A DNA stretch of 64,000 bases. Origin: a bacterium. Lineage in GTDB: Bacteria > UBA8248. Every line of letters starts with the position of its first letter. Within the stretch, counting starts at the first letter, position 1. Below the pieces are notes generated by a model. That model did no database searches, was not told the origin of the DNA, and saw only the letters and a list, made by a program, of their open reading frames with translations. Made by a program: the position numbers and the translations under genes. The stretch lies in NCBI GenBank assembly GCA_965203325.1, contig OZ241875.1, forward strand, positions 2,368,001 to 2,432,000, read 5' to 3'. Positions 60,059 through 64,000 of this stretch are shown here, piece after piece.

Positions 60059-61231
60059 TTGCGTCTGTTCACCGCCGATTTCGACGACATCCGCTCCGGC
60101 AAGGTGGCGGACGTCTATTTCGAGCGCACCCTCAAGATTCTCGAAGCAAAAGGCATCAGAAAAAACGTGCGCGCGGAATTCGCGGCCAAATCACTCCCCT
60201 CGGGATGGGGCGTGTTTACGGGGCTGGAGGAAATCCTGCGCTTACTCGAAGGATTCCCCGTGGACGTCCGCGCGGTGCCCGAGGGAACGGTTTTCCGGCC
60301 CTCGCAGCCGGTTCTGGAAATTACGGGAACCTACAACGATTTCTGCAGGCTGGAGACCCCTATCCTGGGGCTGATGTGCCAGGCGAGCGGGGTCGCGACC
60401 AAGGCGGCGCGGTGCCGCATCGCGGCGGAGGGCAGGCAGCTCGTGAGCTTCGGCGCGCGCAGAATTCATCCCGCCATCGCGCCGATGGTCGAGCGCGCGG
60501 CCTACGTCGGCGGCTGCGACGGCGTTGCCCTCGTCAAGGGCGCCGAGCTTCTGGAGATTCCGGCGGCGGGCACGATGCCCCACGCGCTGGTGATCCTCAT
60601 GGGCGGCCTCGTGCCTGCGGCGAAGGCGTTCGATGAGGTCATCGAGCCGGAGGTGGGCCGCGTAGCCCTTGTGGACACCTTCGGGGATGAGCGGTTCGAA
60701 ACCCTGGAGGCGGCGCGCGCGCTGACCGATCGCCTCTCGGCGGTGCGGGTGGATACGCCGGCTTCCAGACGGGGGAATATCTACCAGATTCTGGAAGAAA
60801 TCCGCTGGGAGCTCGACCGCGCGGGCTTCCCGCACGTGAAGCTCTTCGTGAGCGGGGGGCTGGACGAGCAGAAGATTCTGGAACTCAACCCCGTGGTGGA
60901 CGGCGGTTACGGCGTGGGCACGTCCGTCAGCGCCGCGGCCACGATCGATTTCTCGATGGACATCGTCGAGGTCGAAGGCGAGGCTATCGCCAAGCGCGGC
61001 AAGCAACCGGGCGCCAAGCATCTGCTGCGCTGCCGCGACTGCGAAGAGGAGCGCGTCATCCCGATGGACAAGCCCTACGGCGATTGCGCGTCGTGCGGCG
61101 GCGTGATGGAGCAACTGCTCGCAGATGTGATGAAAGGCGGCGAGCGCGCTGACTCCGCGCCTTCGGCAAAGGAGATCAGGAGCTACGTTCTGCGCCAGAT
61201 CCACCGCGTGGGCCTGGAACCATCCGCATGA
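60059..61231 (+). CDS. pncB: Nicotinate phosphoribosyltransferase with a C-terminal zinc ribbon
   Basis: ADVYF, SFGARR, GTMPHA, LVDTF, RVDTP, SGGLD, GVGT, CRDC..CASC. Confidence 0.88.
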   Translation: MRLFTADFDDIRSGKVADVYFERTLKILEAKGIRKNVRAEFAAKSLPSGWGVFTGLEEILRLLEGFPVDVRAVPEGTVFRPSQPVLEITGTYNDFCRLETPILGLMCQASGVATKAARCRIAAEGRQLVSFGARRIHPAIAPMVERAAYVGGCDGVALVKGAELLEIPAAGTMPHALVILMGGLVPAAKAFDEVIEPEVGRVALVDTFGDERFETLEAARALTDRLSAVRVDTPASRRGNIYQILEEIRWELDRAGFPHVKLFVSGGLDEQKILELNPVVDGGYGVGTSVSAAATIDFSMDIVEVEGEAIAKRGKQPGAKHLLRCRDCEEERVIPMDKPYGDCASCGGVMEQLLADVMKGGERADSAPSAKEIRSYVLRQIHRVGLEPSA

Positions 61232-61244
61232 GCACGGAAAGCGC

Positions 61245-62279
61245 ATGAGTACGGAGCAAACGAAAAGCCCGAGCCGGTTTCAGCCCTTAAGAGATTTCCT
61301 CGCACGACACGATCGCATCTTGTTGCTCACCCATATCGGGCCGGACGGCGACGGCCTCCTCGCTTGCCTTGCCCTCAGCCGCTATCTCAAGGCGATCGGT
61401 AAACACGCCACCGTCGTCACCGAGGACAAGGCGCCCGTCTTCGTCGCGCCTTTTGATCCGGAGGGCCTCGTCCGCGCGCGGAAGGATCTTCTCGCGCAGG
61501 AAGACTGGGCGGAGCGCTTCGATGCCTGCCTTATCCTCGACACCGGCAAGGCGAGCCGTCTGGGCAGGCTGGAGGAGCCGCTCATGTCCGCCGGGCTGCC
61601 CCTGGCCGTCATCGATCACCACATCAGGGAAGAGGACAACATCGACTGCCCCTCCGTCATCGACGCGGAAGCCGCCGCGGTGGGCGAGATGATAGCCGAT
61701 TATCTGGACGAGGAGGGCTATTCGTTCGATGACCTGCTCATCACCCGCGCGCTCATGGCGGCCCTCGTCTACGACACGGGCCAGTTCCGCTTCACGAACA
61801 CTTCGAAGCGCACGCTGAACTGGGCGGCGCGCCTGGTGGAACTCGGCGCGAGCCCCGGGGAGGCCTACTCGATCTTCTGGGAATCGAACGGCGCGGGCTC
61901 GTTGAAGCTGCTGGGCACGCTGATGAGCCGCATGGCGCTCGACTGCGGGGGACGCCTCGCCTGGTTCACCCTGAGCGCGCAGGAACTCGACAGGTTCGGG
62001 GTCTCGCGCTCCGAGACGGAGGAATACATTTCGGTTCCCCGCTCGATTGAGTCCGTCGAGGTCATCGCCTTTTTCTCCGAACTCGAAAACGGGCGCATCC
62101 GCGTGAGCCTGCGCTCGAAGGGCCGCGTGGAGATTCACGACGTGGCGCGCACCTTCGGCGGCGGCGGCCATGCCTTCGCGGCGGGCGCGCGCATGCGGCC
62201 CCCGCTCGAGGAGGCGGCGAGGCTCATCACCACCGCGCTCGCCGAGAAGATACGGGACGTTCTCGGACCTGATGAATAA
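61245..62279 (+). CDS. nrnA: DHH/DHHA1 phosphoesterase (NrnA-like)
   Basis: THIGPDGD, LDT, IDHH, DTGQF, SLRS, GGGH..AAG. Confidence 0.85.
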   Translation: MSTEQTKSPSRFQPLRDFLARHDRILLLTHIGPDGDGLLACLALSRYLKAIGKHATVVTEDKAPVFVAPFDPEGLVRARKDLLAQEDWAERFDACLILDTGKASRLGRLEEPLMSAGLPLAVIDHHIREEDNIDCPSVIDAEAAAVGEMIADYLDEEGYSFDDLLITRALMAALVYDTGQFRFTNTSKRTLNWAARLVELGASPGEAYSIFWESNGAGSLKLLGTLMSRMALDCGGRLAWFTLSAQELDRFGVSRSETEEYISVPRSIESVEVIAFFSELENGRIRVSLRSKGRVEIHDVARTFGGGGHAFAAGARMRPPLEEAARLITTALAEKIRDVLGPDE

Positions 62280-62282
62280 TGC

Positions 62283-62660
62283 CTAGACGCCGAACTCCTT
62301 GAACACGCGCAGAGACTCGTCCGTCGCGCCCACGGCGTTGGGCGCGCCCGCATAGATCGCGCATATCAGGATGATCTCCTGAATTTCCTCTTTCGTCATG
62401 CCGATGCGAAGCGCCGCCTTGGCGTGGTAGCCGAACTCCCTGTCCCGGCCCTGGGCGCAAAGGACGGAGAGGATCACGGTTTCACGGGTCTTGTCGTCGA
62501 TGCCGTCGCGCGCATACAGATCGCCGTACACGGATTCGGTGACGAACTGCGCGAACGCGGGGCTCGCCTGCGCGAACGCCTGTCGCCTCTCCTCGCCTTC
62601 TTCGCCGAAGATTCTCGCACGGGTTTTGAGTCCTCTTTCGAGGCGTGTTTCTTCGCTCAT
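62283..62660 (-). CDS. Carboxymuconolactone decarboxylase family protein
   Basis: YGDLYARDGID.KTRE, H..AALRIGMT.EEI.E, AIYAGAP; no CxxC. Confidence 0.85.
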   Translation of the reverse strand: MSEETRLERGLKTRARIFGEEGEERRQAFAQASPAFAQFVTESVYGDLYARDGIDDKTRETVILSVLCAQGRDREFGYHAKAALRIGMTKEEIQEIILICAIYAGAPNAVGATDESLRVFKEFGV

Positions 62661-62799
62661 CAAATCGACCTCCTGTCTGGGGACGGGCGAGGCGCCCATC
62701 CAAGATGATTGCGGGCGGCCCCCTCCGGGGCTCGCGGGTGGTTTTGCCGGAATGTTTCTCGGGGCTTATATTGAATAGCGTATGTAGGAGCGTATTTCC

Positions 62800-63072
62800 A
62801 TGTCACCAGGGAGATTCGACGTGAAACTGGACGCCGTGAAATTCGGACTGGCCGCCGGCATCATCTACGGGGCCATGTTTTTCTTCTACGCCTTTCTGGG
62901 CGCGCTGTTCGGCGTGGGTGGGGATATGCTGAAGCTGATTGCCGATTTCTACCCGGGCGTTTCCCCCACCTATCCGGGCGCGATCATCGGCGCGGCCTGG
63001 GGGTTCGCGATAGGCTTTTTCTTCTTCACCATCCTGGCGTGGATCTACAACCGCCTGCTGGGGGAGGAGTAG
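62800..63072 (+). CDS. Small membrane protein
   Basis: Hydrophobic helices, YPG, GAIIG..WGF, AWIYNRL. Confidence 0.65.
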   Translation: MSPGRFDVKLDAVKFGLAAGIIYGAMFFFYAFLGALFGVGGDMLKLIADFYPGVSPTYPGAIIGAAWGFAIGFFFFTILAWIYNRLLGEE

Positions 63073-63079
63073 ACGCTCC

Positions 63080-63526
63080 CTATCCCAAAGACTTGGCGAG
63101 GGCTTCCCCCCACGCGCGCATCTCGGGCGTCATGGACTCGTTGTGGGGCAGGAACGCCATGGCGACGAATATGTCCTCGATGCCGTCGCCCTTCGAGAGG
63201 TTGCGGTAGAGCGGCTGGGGGTAGAAGTCGCTCATGGGCTCCGCATGGCCGATGCGCTCCTCGTTTCTCGCGAAGTGGTAGGCGATCACCGCCCTCGGGG
63301 GAACCCACCGCTGGCGCTCCTCGCCTTCTGCGTTCACGTCGCGCACAAAGCCGCCGAAGCCCTTGGTGAACGAGTCGCCGTATATGAATTGCGCGGTAGC
63401 CGCCTCGTCGCAGGTGTCCATCTCCGCGAGCTGGATGTAGAGGATGTCGTTCGGATCGTCCACACCGTCGAGCGGCAGTTCGGTTATTCCGCACGCGGGG
63501 CAGATGAAGGTGACGTTTTCAGCCAT
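63080..63526 (-). CDS. Hypothetical protein (N-terminal CPAC)
   Basis: ORF with plausible composition; AGGAA upstream of ATG 63526. Confidence 0.55.
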   Translation of the reverse strand: MAENVTFICPACGITELPLDGVDDPNDILYIQLAEMDTCDEAATAQFIYGDSFTKGFGGFVRDVNAEGEERQRWVPPRAVIAYHFARNEERIGHAEPMSDFYPQPLYRNLSKGDGIEDIFVAMAFLPHNESMTPEMRAWGEALAKSLG

Positions 63527-63686
63527 ATCGGTGTTCCTGTTCCGAGGGCCGCCGGAGAGAGTCTCCGGGACGGCGCGCGTAAATGTTTTTAGAGTGTTCC
63601 GCCGAGACCGAATCGTGCCAGAGGTCACCCTTCCGCGCAAGTTTGAAAGCGGGTTTCGGTTCGTAAGAGAGAGGGCGCGATGGCGA

Positions 63687-64000
63687 TCAACCCCGCGCCC
63701 GGGGGTCGAGCGCGTCGCGCAGCCCGTCGCCCACGTAGTTGATGCTCAGCACGGTGAGCGATATCGCGAGGCCGGGCCAGAGGACGCGCCCGGGGTATTG
63801 CTGAAGGTAGTCGGTCGAGTCGTAGAGCAGCCTCCCCCAGGTGGGGAAATCAGGCGGAAAGCCAAGCCCCAGGAACGAGAGGGCCGATTCGGTGATGATG
63901 GCGTCGCCCACCCCCAGAGCCGCCGATATCATGATGGGCGAGACGACGCCCGGCAGGATGTGGCGGAAGATGATGCGCCCCGCCGGCGCTCCCATCGCGC
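63687..64000 (-). CDS. Peptide ABC transporter permease (DppC/OppC-like), 5' part outside the window
   Basis: RHILPG, ESALSFLGLG, TWG, GDGLRDALDPR. Confidence 0.92.
   Translation of the reverse strand, partial: AMGAPAGRIIFRHILPGVVSPIMISAALGVGDAIITESALSFLGLGFPPDFPTWGRLLYDSTDYLQQYPGRVLWPGLAISLTVLSINYVGDGLRDALDPRARG

Noticed and set aside
62800..63072. Phage holin or prophage signal
   Set aside because: It is only a small hydrophobic protein, with no endolysin or other phage genes nearby.

Overview
A GC-rich bacterial window, densely coding and mostly transport and catabolism: a sugar-type ABC transporter, two tripartite tricarboxylate (TctABC) transporters, a NitT/TauT ABC cluster with M20/RidA/AtuA enzymes, pfkA, and a housekeeping/redox run (engB, nfo, prpD-like, trxB, nuoI-like, pncB, nrnA). 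It also holds one tRNA-Ser(GGA). The main signals the ORF track misses are: (1) three probable selenoproteins, each split at an in-frame TGA that sits in a redox CxxC-type motif and is followed by a SECIS-like hairpin (a UGGC/UGSC-family fusion protein at 2436-4046 with a downstream paralogue, an AhpD-like CDYU protein at 39181-39834, and a UAPC glutaredoxin next to trxB at 58080-58325); (2) a self-contained ~170-nt minus-strand unit at ~1797-2002 with a promoter, a 16-nt complement to the canonical 16S 3' tail, a 12-codon ORF, a branched RNA structure and a terminator; (3) a decaying accessory island (~12.2-25.0 kb) with internally deleted or chimeric genes; (4) a low-GC convergent gene pair (Panacea-like/DUF488 plus partner) that may be a defence module; (5) several families of palindromic MITE/REP-like repeats. 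All family assignments come from reading motifs by eye; no database searches were run.
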